In this document: piece after piece, positions 1 to 11,705 of the stretch | Position numbering within the stretch: position 1 is the stretch's first letter | Layout: every line of letters begins with the position of its first letter | Origin: Neovahlkampfia damariscottae | Lineage: Eukaryota | Direction of reading: 5' to 3' | Assembly: GCA_016618085.1 (NCBI GenBank) | Contig: JABLTG010000019.1 | Span: 1-64,000, forward strand | DNA length: 64,000 nt | Made by a program: the position numbers and the translations under genes | Notes under the pieces: generated by a model | Seen by the model: the letters and a program-made list of their open reading frames with translations, nothing else | What the model was told of the DNA's origin: nothing | Database searches by the model: none

Positions 1-439
1 AAATAATGATGAAATTTTGATTTCAAAATTTCCAGTCAAAGGAATGATTAAAAAATGAGAAAGAAAAATTCATAGTACAACAGTGAGAAAAATGCTTCAT
101 TGGTCTCATTTTCAATTTTGTCAAACACTAAAATATCTTGCTCAAAAAGATTCTGTTCAAGTACATGAAGTTTCAGAACATTATACCAGTTGTACATGTG
201 GATCATGTGGAAAAATAGATTGGAAACTTGGAAAAAAAGATTATTTCAATTGTAAATATTGTAATTTTTCTCTTCCAAGAGATTATAATGGAGCAAGAAA
301 TATATTTCTGATGAATATACAAAATTTTATTGGAAATCCAAAAACTGCCAGTACTGCTGGCGACGGTCCTATCCCGAAAGAAACCTTGATTTTAATGTCT
401 GGTCTGATTAATCAGAATGAACGGAAAAGTCAGTTTTAA
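1..439 (+). mobile_element. Fanzor2 / IS607-TnpB-like RNA-guided nuclease, 3' part (truncated by window edge; in-frame TGA at 56-58, probably decayed)
   Basis: Frame from nt 2 reads NNDEILISKFPVKGMIKK*ERKIHSTTVRKMLHWSHFQF...VSEHYTSCTCGSCG...FNCKYCNFSLPRDYNGARNI. This gives a zinc ribbon (2 CxxC), RuvC-III RDxNGARNI, and the Glu just before the zinc finger typical of Fanzor2/IS607 TnpB. Confidence 0.88.
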
Positions 440-470
440 GATAGCGGTATTAACACGCCAATCAGAGTCT
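340..470 (+). ncRNA. Putative Fanzor omega-RNA scaffold plus guide, overlapping the ORF 3' end
   Basis: Locally GC-rich; hairpin GCCAG-TACTG-CTGGC (347-361), perfect palindrome TCTGATTAATCAGA (403-416), candidate element end ...GATAGCGG at 447. Position matches known TnpB/Fanzor omega-RNAs; boundaries are inferred. Confidence 0.5.
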
Positions 471-554
471 TCGGAGTTTTCCGGAGTTAAATTTTTCATT
501 TTTCCGTTTATATTAACTTTGTAAATTGTTAGCTTTTCCACATCAGTATAAAAA

Positions 555-1849
555 ATGACACAAGAAACAGTTCTCCTATCAAAAACTTTACAAAATGAAC
601 AACAAAAATGCTTGACAGTGGATCCTTCACTCTTTGATAAAATGAAAACCTCTCAAGGTAAAAATTGAAAACAAAACTGAACATCTTCAAAGGAATAACG
701 GTTTCAGAAATAAATAAACAAGGGCTCAAAGTTTTAATTTTCTTCACTGCGTCCGTTGGTTGTATTCATTGTCGAGGAACTATACACGATATCTATGACT
801 TAAAAGATGAATTATTAAAAATGAATTGTGTACCTTTGATAGCACATGAAGAAGATTATAAGACATATGACAAATTTCTCAACTCAAGTGAAATCACGAA
901 GAAATTTTCATCCATGTTACATATTGAAAGAAAATCATTTGTCAAATATTTCAAACTTCAACATTTTGAAATATTCTCAGAAACTTATAACTTTTTGATG
1001 AGAGGATTATCAGAAATATCACGTATTTCAAAATTAGGATACACCAATGAAATGGAATATTACGTACCAGGTAAAATAATTTATCCGAAGAATTGACATT
1101 TTTCAAAAGGAACTGAACAAATCTTAGCTGCTGTTTTTGTTGTTGAGAATCAAAAAATTATTTCAGAATATAGAAAAGAACATAAATTCCAAAGATTTGA
1201 TATCGCAAGAATTTTGATTGATACAGATGGGAATGGAATTGAAGTTCATACATCAATATTTGAATGTGACATTCCAAAAAAGAAATTATCAAAAAAATCA
1301 TCATTTACAAATGGAATTATATCATTAACAGAATCAATCATGTCTCCAAAGAAAGAAACTTCAAATGTAGTGTCACCTACACCTCCAGCTCAAAAAGAAC
1401 AATCTTCCATTTTTTCATTTTTCTCAAAGAAATCTGACGTTGTTAAAGAAGAGTTTTTGAAGTTAAGTGAAGTTTTGAATGATAAGAATAATTTAAAATA
1501 TTTTAAATTATTTGCTACTTCTGAGTACTCAGTTGAAAATGTATTATTTTATGAAGAAATTCAAAATTATAAAAAATTAAAAGAAGATAAAAGAAATGAT
1601 CGCGCTGCTAAATTGATGGATTTTTTCTTTCAAGAAGATTCAATTTATGAAATCAATATTTCAAAGAAATTTATAACAGAAATTGAAGAAAACATAAGCA
1701 AAGGAAATTGTTCAGTTGATTTGTTTGATAAAGCACTGATTGATGTTGTCAATTCAAATTTGTCGGATACTTACCAACGATTTAAGTTTTCTGAAGTTTA
1801 TCAAGAAATGATACAGAAAACAAAAAAGAAGTACTTTTTGTATCAATAA
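555..1849 (+). CDS. PRXL2/AhpC-TSA_2-like CxxC thioredoxin-fold + RGS fusion, copy 1 (406 aa)
   Basis: Introns 658-692 and 1071-1109 restore the frame; GCIHCRG; AAVFVV; RGS motifs SEYSVENVLFY, EINIS, DTYQRF. Confidence 0.85.
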
Positions 1850-1994
1850 ACTTTTTTTTGAACCTCGGGATTTAAATTTACATTTGTGGAAAAAAAAATT
1901 GCCAAAATTGCCAGACCTTGCCTTTTTAAGAAATGAGAGGTTATCATTGGTGTATTCAATTTGTTGTTGCTGTTCACCGGAAAAAGAGAGAAAC

Positions 1995-3442
1995 ATGAGC
2001 TCGAAGAATACAGATTTGGAAAATCCAATTTTCACCACAGAAATGACAAAAACTAATGTGCAATTAACAGAAACGATAGAAAAAAAAACTCCGGAGATCA
2101 TTCAGACCATAGAAGACCCAAAAATAAAATCACAACAACTAAAACAATGTACAACAGTAGACTCAAAAATATTTGAAGAAATGAAAACTTCAGAAGGTTT
2201 GCTTTTATTCTTTAAAAACTTTTTTTCACAGGAATCTCTATAGCTGAACTTAACATGGGTTTAAAAGTTTTAATTTTCTTTACTTCATCCATTGGTTGTA
2301 TGCATTGTAAAGGAACTATTCATGATATTTATACGCTTCAAGAAGAATTATTGAAGCTCAATTGTATTCCAGTAATAGCTCATGAAGAAGATTATGAGAC
2401 TTATGATAAATTTATCAACTCTTGTGATACTACCAAGAAGTTTTCAGAAATTCTACACATGGAAAGAAAATCTTATGTGAAACATTTCAAATTACAACAT
2501 TTCAGTAAAATTGGTGAAACTGTTGCTTTTTTGAAAAGAGGATTTCTTGAAGCTTCTCGTCTTGCAAAATTGGGATTGAAAAATGAAATGAAATATTTTA
2601 CTAAAGACACAGAGACCATTTTATCTGGTGTTTTTGTAGTCCATCAACAACAAATCATTTCTGAATACAGAAAAGAACATAAATATCAAAGATTTGATCT
2701 TGCAAGGATTTTGATTGACACAGACGGAACTGGTATAGAAGTGCATACATCTATTTATGAATGTCAAATCCCAAAGAAAAAAAAAATGAAGTTTGGTGAA
2801 GAACCTGAGAAAAAAAGACAAAAAAGTCAATCATTGTTCAAAAGGACATTTTCAATGAGACAAGATTCAGAGACTGTCAAAAGAAAACCAACTGATTTGT
2901 TAAAATTGAACTTGGATAAAACTCAAAAAGGACAATCATCAAAATCACCATTACATTTGATCAGTCCAAGATTTCTATCAAGACAATCTTCATTAATAAT
3001 GCCACTTTCATCACATCAAAAACCAATGAATGAAAATGGAACTGTAGAATTAGAAGATGTTTTAGTGGACAAAAACTATTTGAAGTATTTCAAATTATTC
3101 GCTACCAAAGAGTTTTCAGTTGAAAATATTGTATTTTATGAAGAAGTGATTGAATTCAGAGGAATTGAAGATAAAAAAAAAAGATTGGAAAGAATTAATG
3201 AAATGATGGAAACATTTTTCACTTCCGATTCAATTTATGAAATCAATACTTCTCGAAAGATTATTTCAGGTCTGAAGGAAGGAATGGACAATGAAAATGT
3301 TTCTTCTGATTTCTTTGATAGGGTTTTGTGTGATGTCACTCAGACAAATCTTTCAGATACTTTCCAGAGATTTAGGTTCAGTGAACTGTATAAAGAAATG
3401 AAAAATGAGAAGAAGAAAAAAAAATACTTTTTGTTTCAATAA
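1995..3442 (+). CDS. PRXL2-like CxxC + RGS fusion, copy 2 (470 aa)
   Basis: Intron 2197-2231; GCMHCKG; KEFSVENIVFY, EINTS, DTFQRF. Confidence 0.85.
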
Positions 3443-3616
3443 AAGTTTTCTGTTTAAAAAAGGTCGAAAGCGGAGTTTACTTGAATCCGAATCGGAGTAT
3501 CCACTTTCCTTTTTTGGAGAAAAATTAAATTTGGAGCAACAAATATTCATTTGTGGAACAAAAATCCTATTGGTCAACAGTTTTCTTTTGTCACAAAACA
3601 AAAACTCACAAACACA

Positions 3617-5113
3617 ATGACAGGACCACTGATAGAAGTAGACTTAGACCAAGTAGTGGAAATCAATGTTGAATACATAGAAACCGAAGAAGAAGAGAAA
3701 ATTGAGACCAAAACTGGAAATGTGGTTTCTATTGAAAAAGAAATGTGTTTGGAGCAGAAAAACTGTTTATTCATAGATCCGTCAGTATTTGAAAATATGA
3801 AAACATCAGGAGGTTTGAAAAAAAATAGATAAATTAACCATGGTTCCAAAAAAGGTATCGCTCTTGGAGACATAAGTAAATCAATGAGAGTACTCTTGTT
3901 TTTCACATCTTCTGTTGGTTGTATGTTCTGTAAAGGTACAATGAATGATATATACTCGCTACAGGAAGAACTGTTGAAACTGAATTGTATTCCAGTTATA
4001 GCTCATGAAGAGGACAATAAAACATACGAAAAATGTTTGAATTCTCATAAAACCACTCAAAAATTTTTATCAATATTACATATGGAGAGAAAACCTTTCG
4101 TTGAATATTTCAAACTTCAACATTTCGGAAGATTATCCGAAACAGCTGCTTGGTTGAAAAGAGGAATCATTGAAGCTTCTCGTCTTGCAAAATTAGGAAT
4201 GAAAAATGAACCTTCTTACTTTAAAAATGGTATTCATTATTTAAAGAATGACTTTTTTTCTTTAGATACAGATACAGTGCTTGCAGCATGTTTTGTTGTT
4301 GAAAACAAAAAAATCATTTCGGAATATAGAAAAGAGCATAAATACCAAAGATTTGACGTTGCAAAAATTGTAGTAGATTCTGATGGAATTGGGATTGAAG
4401 TTCAAAATATTTTTGATTGTGATTATCCAAAAACACCACGTAAAACAAAATCAATAGAAACAATTGAAAAAAAACCAAGAAGGAGTTCATCATTAAGACC
4501 AACTTCAACTTCACCATTTTTAAAACGGGTTTTTTCAGCTAAGAGTGTTTCCAATTCACCAAATGGAAAGACAAAAAGAAACTCAAATAGATCAGATTTT
4601 TTCTCATTTAGTTCAAAATCAAATTCTGATTCTGATGATGACACTATAAAAGAATTCTTTTCAAATTCATTCCACGCTCGGGCACGTAGATTTTCTCAAA
4701 TGTCAGAAGAAGCTCCTCCAGTTGATTTGGCCAAAGTTTTGACGGATCCAACATCAATGAAATTTTTCAAGCTATTCGCGACCCAAGAGCATTCTGTTGA
4801 AAATTTGATTTTCTATGAAGAAGTGCAAAAATATAGAGTTTTGAATGATGAAAAAAGAGCTAGCAGAGCTGAACAAATAATGAAAATTTTCTTTGCTAGT
4901 GATTCAATTTACGAGATTAGTGCTTCAAGAAAACATTTGATAGAGCTACAGAAAAAAAGAGAGAATGGTGATTCTTCATGTGATTTGTTTGATCCTGTCC
5001 TTCGTGAAGTTGTAAATATGAACCTCTCTGATACATTTCAGAGATACAAATTAAGTGAACTGTTCGTTGAAATGCAACAGAACAAAAAGAAATCGTATTT
5101 TTTGTTTCAATAA
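3617..5113 (+). CDS. PRXL2-like CxxC + RGS fusion, copy 3 (472 aa)
   Basis: Introns 3813-3854 and 4230-4265; GCMFCKG; QEHSVENLIFY, EISAS, DTFQRY. Confidence 0.85.
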
Positions 5114-5314
5114 ATTAATTTATGTTGTTTATGTTTGACCAAATATGAAGTACTTATCCCCAAAGCATTGTCACTTTTAGAAGTTTTTTTATTCCGAATA
5201 GGAACAGAAACGGACAATTTTGGAGTAGCAGATTACCAAATTGGTTTCCACCAATGGATTTGTTTCAGCTCATTTTTCGTTTTCAAACTTCAAGAGCAAT
5301 TTTGACAGGAAAAA

Positions 5315-6794
5315 ATGACAGGTATCTTGTCAACTAACGAAATTGATCTGTCTGAGTTGGAGGAAGTTCAAGAGGAATTTGTGGAAGAGCAATTCCAATT
5401 AAAAATTGACACATTCGTCCAGATTGGTACCACAACCTCGTTAGAGCAGCAGGATTGCCTTCAACTTGACAGTTCAGTATTTGAAGAAATGGTGACTTCT
5501 GAAGGTATACAAAATATTTTCTTTGACTTCTTTCAAAAGGAATTTCCATCGCAGAACTGAGTAAAACTCATAAAGTTCTATTATTTTTCACTTCATCACT
5601 TGGGTGTATTTTTTGCAAAGGAACTATCAACGATATTTATGAGCTACAAGATGAGTTGTTGAAACTGAATTGCATACCCATCATTGCTCATGAAGAAGAC
5701 TACAAAACTTATGATAAATTTTTGAACTCATGTCAAGCAAATAACAAATTTTCAGAAATAATTCACATTGAAAGAAAACCTTTTGTAAAAAAATTCCAAT
5801 TGAAACATTTTGGAATGATGGCAGAAACAGGTGCTTTAATTAAACGTGGGCTGACAGAAATGAGTCGTTTATCAAAATTAGGATTAAAACTGGAACCATA
5901 CACATATTTCATGAAAGGTTAGAAAAAATTGCATTTTAAATTTTTCATCAAGAAACAACTACTGTTTTGGCAGCTTGTTTTGTAGTATATAAACAAAAAA
6001 TCATTTCCGAATATAGAAAGGAGCATAAACACCAAAGATTTGATATTGCCCGGATTTTAATTGACACAGATGGTACGGGAATTGAAATTGGAACAAATTT
6101 GTACGATTGTGACTATCCAAAGAAGAAATCAGGTTCTATTGACAGAGAAGTCAGAAATAAAAAGAGTGCATCATTAGGATTGAATATAAAAACACCACTT
6201 TTGAAAAGATTCTTCACTCAAAGTTCAAATACTTCACCAATTGATTCCACAATCACAAATGGACGCAATTCATCTTTTTCTTCTTTGACTTCAAAGACAA
6301 GTTCAGATAAAAAGAGTTCATTCTCAAATTCATTCGATTCAAAAATAGAAAAATATGATTGCGAAAATGAAAAAAAGAATCAAAATGTGGAATTAGATTT
6401 ATCAGATGTAATGAAAGACAAAAAATCAATGAAATATTTGAAATTGTTTGCAACCAGAGAACTTTCTGTAGAGAATGTTCTTTTTTATGAAGAAGTTCAA
6501 AAATATCGATTGATGAATGATGAGCAAAGAGCAATTCGCGCTGAACAAATTCATCAAATTTTTTTTTCAAGCGATTCTGTATACGAAATTAATACAGCAA
6601 GGAAATTTTTAATTTGTTTGGAAGAAAGACGAAGAAATGGAAATTCATCATCGGAATTATTTGATTCTGTTCTTAGGGATGTGGTGAATTCAAATTTAAT
6701 GGATACTTTTCAAAGATTCAAATTGAGTGAATTGTTTGTTGATATGCAACAAAAAAACAAAAAGAAATCATATCCATATCTTTTGAAAAAATAA
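5315..6794 (+). CDS. PRXL2-like CxxC + RGS fusion, copy 4 (469 aa)
   Basis: Introns 5505-5539 and 5918-5952; GCIFCKG; RELSVENVLFY, EINTA, DTFQRF. Confidence 0.85.
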
Positions 6795-7085
6795 AAGTTT
6801 CACTGGATAAATTTCTGACTTTAAATTTCCTTTTTTTATGTATTTAATTTCAAATTTCGTTCACCACTTTTAAATGAAAAAGTGAAAAAATGCGGAACAA
6901 AAGAAGATCATTTGACAGATGGGAAGACGCAGTTTTTTTACAAAACCAAGTGGTAAAAAATGTCATGTTTAGAATGTTTAATTATGATCTTCAAAAAGAC
7001 ACTCACATGAAAAAATAACAAAAAAATGACAAATTTCAAAATAAAAAATTATGGCAATAATTTTAATAACAGTTCAACTCAAAAA

Positions 7086-8668
7086 TTATTCTTTGGAATC
7101 GACATCCCCAGTCAATTTACGATATGCTTTTATAACATCCACATAAAATTGAGATCCTTTTCTCAACGTTCTTTTTTTTGATGGATCTTTATAATCAACT
7201 TGATACAAACCAAATCTAGGTTCGAATCCTTCTGCCCACTTAATATTTTTTAGTTTTGTTGATCAATTCTTACTTCAAAATTGTCCATGAAACTCCAATA
7301 CATATATCCTTTGATTTGAACACCTTCTTCCATTGCTAATGAAAGTCCATAAAGATATCTCTTGATATACGTATCTCTGAGAAAATCATCTTTATCATCG
7401 GGGCAACCATTTTCTGTGACAAAAATTGGTGATCTCAATTGATCCGAAATACGATGTAAAATTCTATATAAACCTTCTCCATAAACAGCATACTTCATTT
7501 GTGTGACTAAATATTGAAATTCTGGTCTAACTAAAGTTAAAAATGGTTTTTGTAAGTCAAAATTGATTTTAACATTAAAATGTGAATAATAATTAACTCC
7601 ATAGAAATCATAACTTCCTTTAGCAGCTGAATTATAATAATTTTCATTACAAAGAAGAGGAAGATAATAATTAAAATAACCAGTTTTGAAATATTGAATG
7701 ATGACCTCATTATAAGTGTAATCCATAACATAAGCCATAAAAATATCAACTGGATTCCAAGAATGATAAGCATCAAATTGATGTAAATTATGAACAATTC
7801 CAATTTGTGATTGTGGACCATTTTCTAAATTCTTCATTTTGTGATATAACTCTGTGTGAGCAATTAACATATTTTTGACAACACGAATTCCTAAATCAAA
7901 TTTTTTCAAACCAGGTGGAAAAATTCCATCTAAATAACCTCCATAAGCATAAACATTTGGTTCATTAATAGTACACCAAAATTTGACCTTTGATGAATAT
8001 TCTTTGAATACAAAAAGTCCAAATTTAATGAAATGCTCTAAGTTTTCTTCTTTTTCAAAAGCTCCAATGTTTGTAAACCAAACAGGATCTGTAAAATGAT
8101 GAATGGTAACCATTGGCTGAATATTCTTCTTCAACAATTCATCAATGACATTATGGTAATGTTGAACTACATCTTTATCAAAAGGTCCTCCAATTTCTGG
8201 TTGTATTTTACTCCATTCTAATGAGAATCTATATGTATGAACATTCAAATCGTTTTTTAACAACTTGATGTCTTCTTTGTATAATTCATAGTGTTTGCAA
8301 GCTTCTCCTGACTTATCTCCATTATGGATTCTTTGTTGAGTTGTGTCATGTTCAAATTTCCACCATTGGTTATTGTCACAATTTCCTTCAACTTGATGAG
8401 AACTTGTTGCTGTGCCCCATAAGAAATTTGAGTTTCTTTTATAAATTTTTGTAGCAACATTGTCAGTGGAAATATTGATATCTTTCCAATTCCATCTAAT
8501 TTCTTTTTCATAAAATCCAGGTTTCAAGTTGTACAAAAAATAGAATAAAACAAAAGTAGAAGCTGAACATAACAAAATTGAAGAAAAACCAGGTTTTCTT
8601 ATGATGTTAAAAAAACAAAATATTTCTGTTAATAATAGACATGCTAATATCGAAACTGTTTTGAACAT
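7086..8668 (-). CDS. Glycoside hydrolase family 1 beta-glucosidase with hydrophobic N-terminus
   Basis: FLWGTATSSHQVEG, YRFSLEWSKI, TINEP (acid/base), VTENG (nucleophile); an intron near 7239-7273 gives DNFE|WAEGFEPRFGLY. Confidence 0.95.
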
Positions 8669-8849
8669 TTTTTTTGCGTTTTTTTTGTTTGTGAGGACAA
8701 ATCTTCAAGTTGAAAATTTGGCCAATAAAAAAAAACTATCGGAAAAATAGCATAATTTTAACAATGTAAAATATCAAAAAAATGTTCAAACATACAATCA
8801 ATTTATTCAATTTCATTTGACCAATTAAATCAATTTATTATTTCTCTTC

Positions 8850-9814
8850 ATGAGTTCAGTCCAATACAACACATTCAATTTTTTTAAAGGAATAGCAGAG
8901 TATTTGACACCTGTTCTTGATAAATCACAATTCCAAGAAAAAGGTGTTTTGACACCAGAAGAGTTTGTCAAAGCAGGAGACATGAGTAAAGAAAAATAAA
9001 AAAAAAATTTAACTTTTTTTTCACAAGTTGTTACAAAGTGTCCAACATGGCATTGGTCTTCAGGAGATCCAAAAAAAGTTGTTTCGTATTTACCAAAAGA
9101 AAAACAATTTCTAGTTACAAAAAACGTTCCTTGCCTTAAAAGGGCAAAATCTTTAGAAATTACAACAGATGAATCTATGGTTGAAGACGATGAATGGGTA
9201 GATACAGATCCAACTTATAGTAAAAAAAAAAAAAAAAAAATTAATTTTTAATCCAATAGAAAAGGATGATGAGTTTATTTCTGAGATCTCAACAAAAATA
9301 GAAGATGAAGACGAAGATGAAGAGATTATGGATATTGAAGATATTGATGACAGTACCATGATGATTGAAGAAATAGACTCAAGTGTAAATCAAGATTTAA
9401 TTCAAAAAACAAGAACATATGATTTGTCAATTACTTATGATAAATTTTATCAAACTCCACGTGTTTGGTTATGTGGATATGATGAACAAGGCAAACCATT
9501 GGACTGGAAACAAATATTTGAAGATATTTACGCGGATTATAGTCTTAAGACTGTAACAATGCTTGATCATCCTCATCTCAATGCGCAACATGCTTCTATC
9601 CATCCATGTCGGTAATTCCATCCTTTGTTTTTAATTTTTTTTTAGTCATGCTGAAGTCATGAAAAAAATGATTGATAGATTAGCAGAACAAGGAAAATAC
9701 ATTAGAGTTGATTTATATTTATACTTATTTTTAAAATTTATCAATGCTGTTATTCCAACTATTGAGTATGACTTCACCATTCAAGTGGACAGTCAATCTG
9801 AAGATAAAAAATAA
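8850..9814 (+). CDS. ATG3: Autophagy E2-like conjugating enzyme Atg3
   Basis: [42 protein letters not shown], catalytic [18 protein letters not shown]; 3 introns. Confidence 0.96.
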
Positions 9815-9819
9815 ATATT

Positions 9820-10061
9820 TTATTTTTGATTTTTTTTTAATTGTTCATTCTCTTTTTCAAGTTGTCGTCTTTTTTTTTTTTTAAAACTAAAAAAAATAAA
9901 ACTTACATGCGCAGAAGGTATTCATGTTCCATTTCATCAATTTGTGTCGTCAGTTTCTTGAGAAGATTCACATGACCCTGTATCAATTTATCATAATATT
10001 CTTTTTCAACTTTTTCTACGTTTTCTGTGGAGTTGATTTCTTCAACTTTTCGTTTTTTCAT
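9820..10061 (-). CDS. Small coiled-coil hypothetical protein (67 aa; missed by the ORF track)
   Basis: MKKRKVEE...EYLLRI|RQLEKENEQLKKNQK after splicing the GTAAGT..AG intron 9869-9906. Confidence 0.55.
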
Positions 10062-10102
10062 TGGTTTTAAAAATTGTCCAATTGTTTCATTTTCGTCTTC
10101 AA

Positions 10103-11532
10103 ATGTTCAAAATTAACACCAAAAAAAATTTGAAGATTTTTTTTAATGAACAAAGAAATTTTAGAAAAACAAGGAAAAAAGTTATTAAATCTGTCAATGA
10201 TATTGTTTGTCCTTTGTATAAAATGGATTATGAAAAACAATTAGAGTTGAAACAAAATAAAACAAAGGATTGTTTGAGAAGGATAAAAAATGATTTGGTT
10301 TTATTTTCAAGATTTAATAATTCACCTTTGACGTTAAATTCAACACCTGAAGATCCAGATTTGGCATGTGGTCTTCAACCAATTATTCCTTCACCAGAAA
10401 TTTATAGTTATCGAAACGTTGTTGAATTCACTTGTGGCTATGATTTAGAAGGAAATATACAAGTTGGTTATATCACTAGAAATCCATATTTTCATATTTT
10501 AAGTCCTCAAGATGCCCTGAATTCATCAGATGAATCAAAATTAATTTCAAAGTTGACTGTAGAATTTTTAGAAAATGAATCATTTTCAAAACCGTACACA
10601 AAGACTGATGGACTTTGGAGAGAAATTAGGATAAGACAAAACTTAGAAAAAGAAAGTAAAACTAAAAAAATCTAATCATTAAAAGTTATGATAAAATTAA
10701 TTTTAAACACTGATGGTTTAAATGATCAAATTAAAGAAGAAATTCAAAAATATATTGAAAAATTAATGAATAATGGATTGAATATCAAAAGTGCATTTAT
10801 GCAATTGTACACTGGAAATTCAGTTCCAAAGGATTGCGAGTATATTCACATTTGTGGTGATAAATTAATTTTTGAAAAGTTAAATAATATAACATTGCAA
10901 ACATCACCAGGAAGTTTTTTTCAAGTAAATACAAAAGCTGCTGAATTATTATACTCCAATATTAAGAATTGGTTGAAATTACATGTTACTGAAAAAACAG
11001 TTCTTTATGACATTTATTGTGGAATTGGTTCATTAGGTATCAATGTCACCTCCGGAAATCCAATTTTAGGTATAGAATGTATCACAGACGCTGTTTATGA
11101 TGCGATACATAATGCTAAATTAAATAGTAATTGATGATCAAATATTTTAATTTTTCAAAGATTTACATGCAAGTTATTACTGTGCGTTTGCAGAAGATAT
11201 AATCCCAAAAATTTTATCAAAAGGTGATGAAAGAGTAGTTGCATTAGTAAATCCACCAAGAGTTGGAATTCAAAAAAGTTTACGAACATTTTTGAGAGAA
11301 TGCAAGAACATTGTTTCAATTGTTTATGTTTCATGTAATCCTGAAGCATTTGTCACAGATGTTGAAGCGTAAGATTCCAATATCATATATTAATCATTTT
11401 AATAGATTATGCATGCCTGATGAGAATTTAGGAGGTCTTCCATTTGTTCCAGTTCAATGTTTTACAGTTGATATGTTTCCACACACAAATCATCAAGAAA
11501 TTGCTGTTTTATTAACAAGAGTTCAAAATTAA
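10103..11532 (+). CDS. tRNA/rRNA (uracil-5)-methyltransferase, TrmA/Trm2 family (TRMT2B-like)
   Basis: SFFQVN, DIYCGIG, NPPR, YVSCNP, VDMFPHTNHQE; 3 introns; basic N-terminus resembling a mitochondrial presequence. Confidence 0.9.
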
Positions 11533-11705
11533 ATTTTTTCAATTTTAGTTCGTATTTTTATTTTCATTTTCTTTTTTGAATAAATCAAAGCGTTTGATTT
11601 GTTTATTTTTAATTGTCCAATCATTGACAATCCAAAGCAAATTCGAACATACAAAACTTAACGTAATTTTTGATTATTACAATTTGAAAGAGAACGAAAG
11701 AGAAA

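Noticed and set aside
56..58. TGA as Trp/Sec recoding (alternative genetic code)
   Set aside because: TGA terminates intact genes (e.g. 14839, 34703, 40681) and Trp is TGG throughout; a nonsense mutation or sequencing error is more likely.
755..5620. Selenocysteine in the CxxC motifs (SelU/SelL-like)
   Set aside because: All eight cysteines use TGT/TGC codons.
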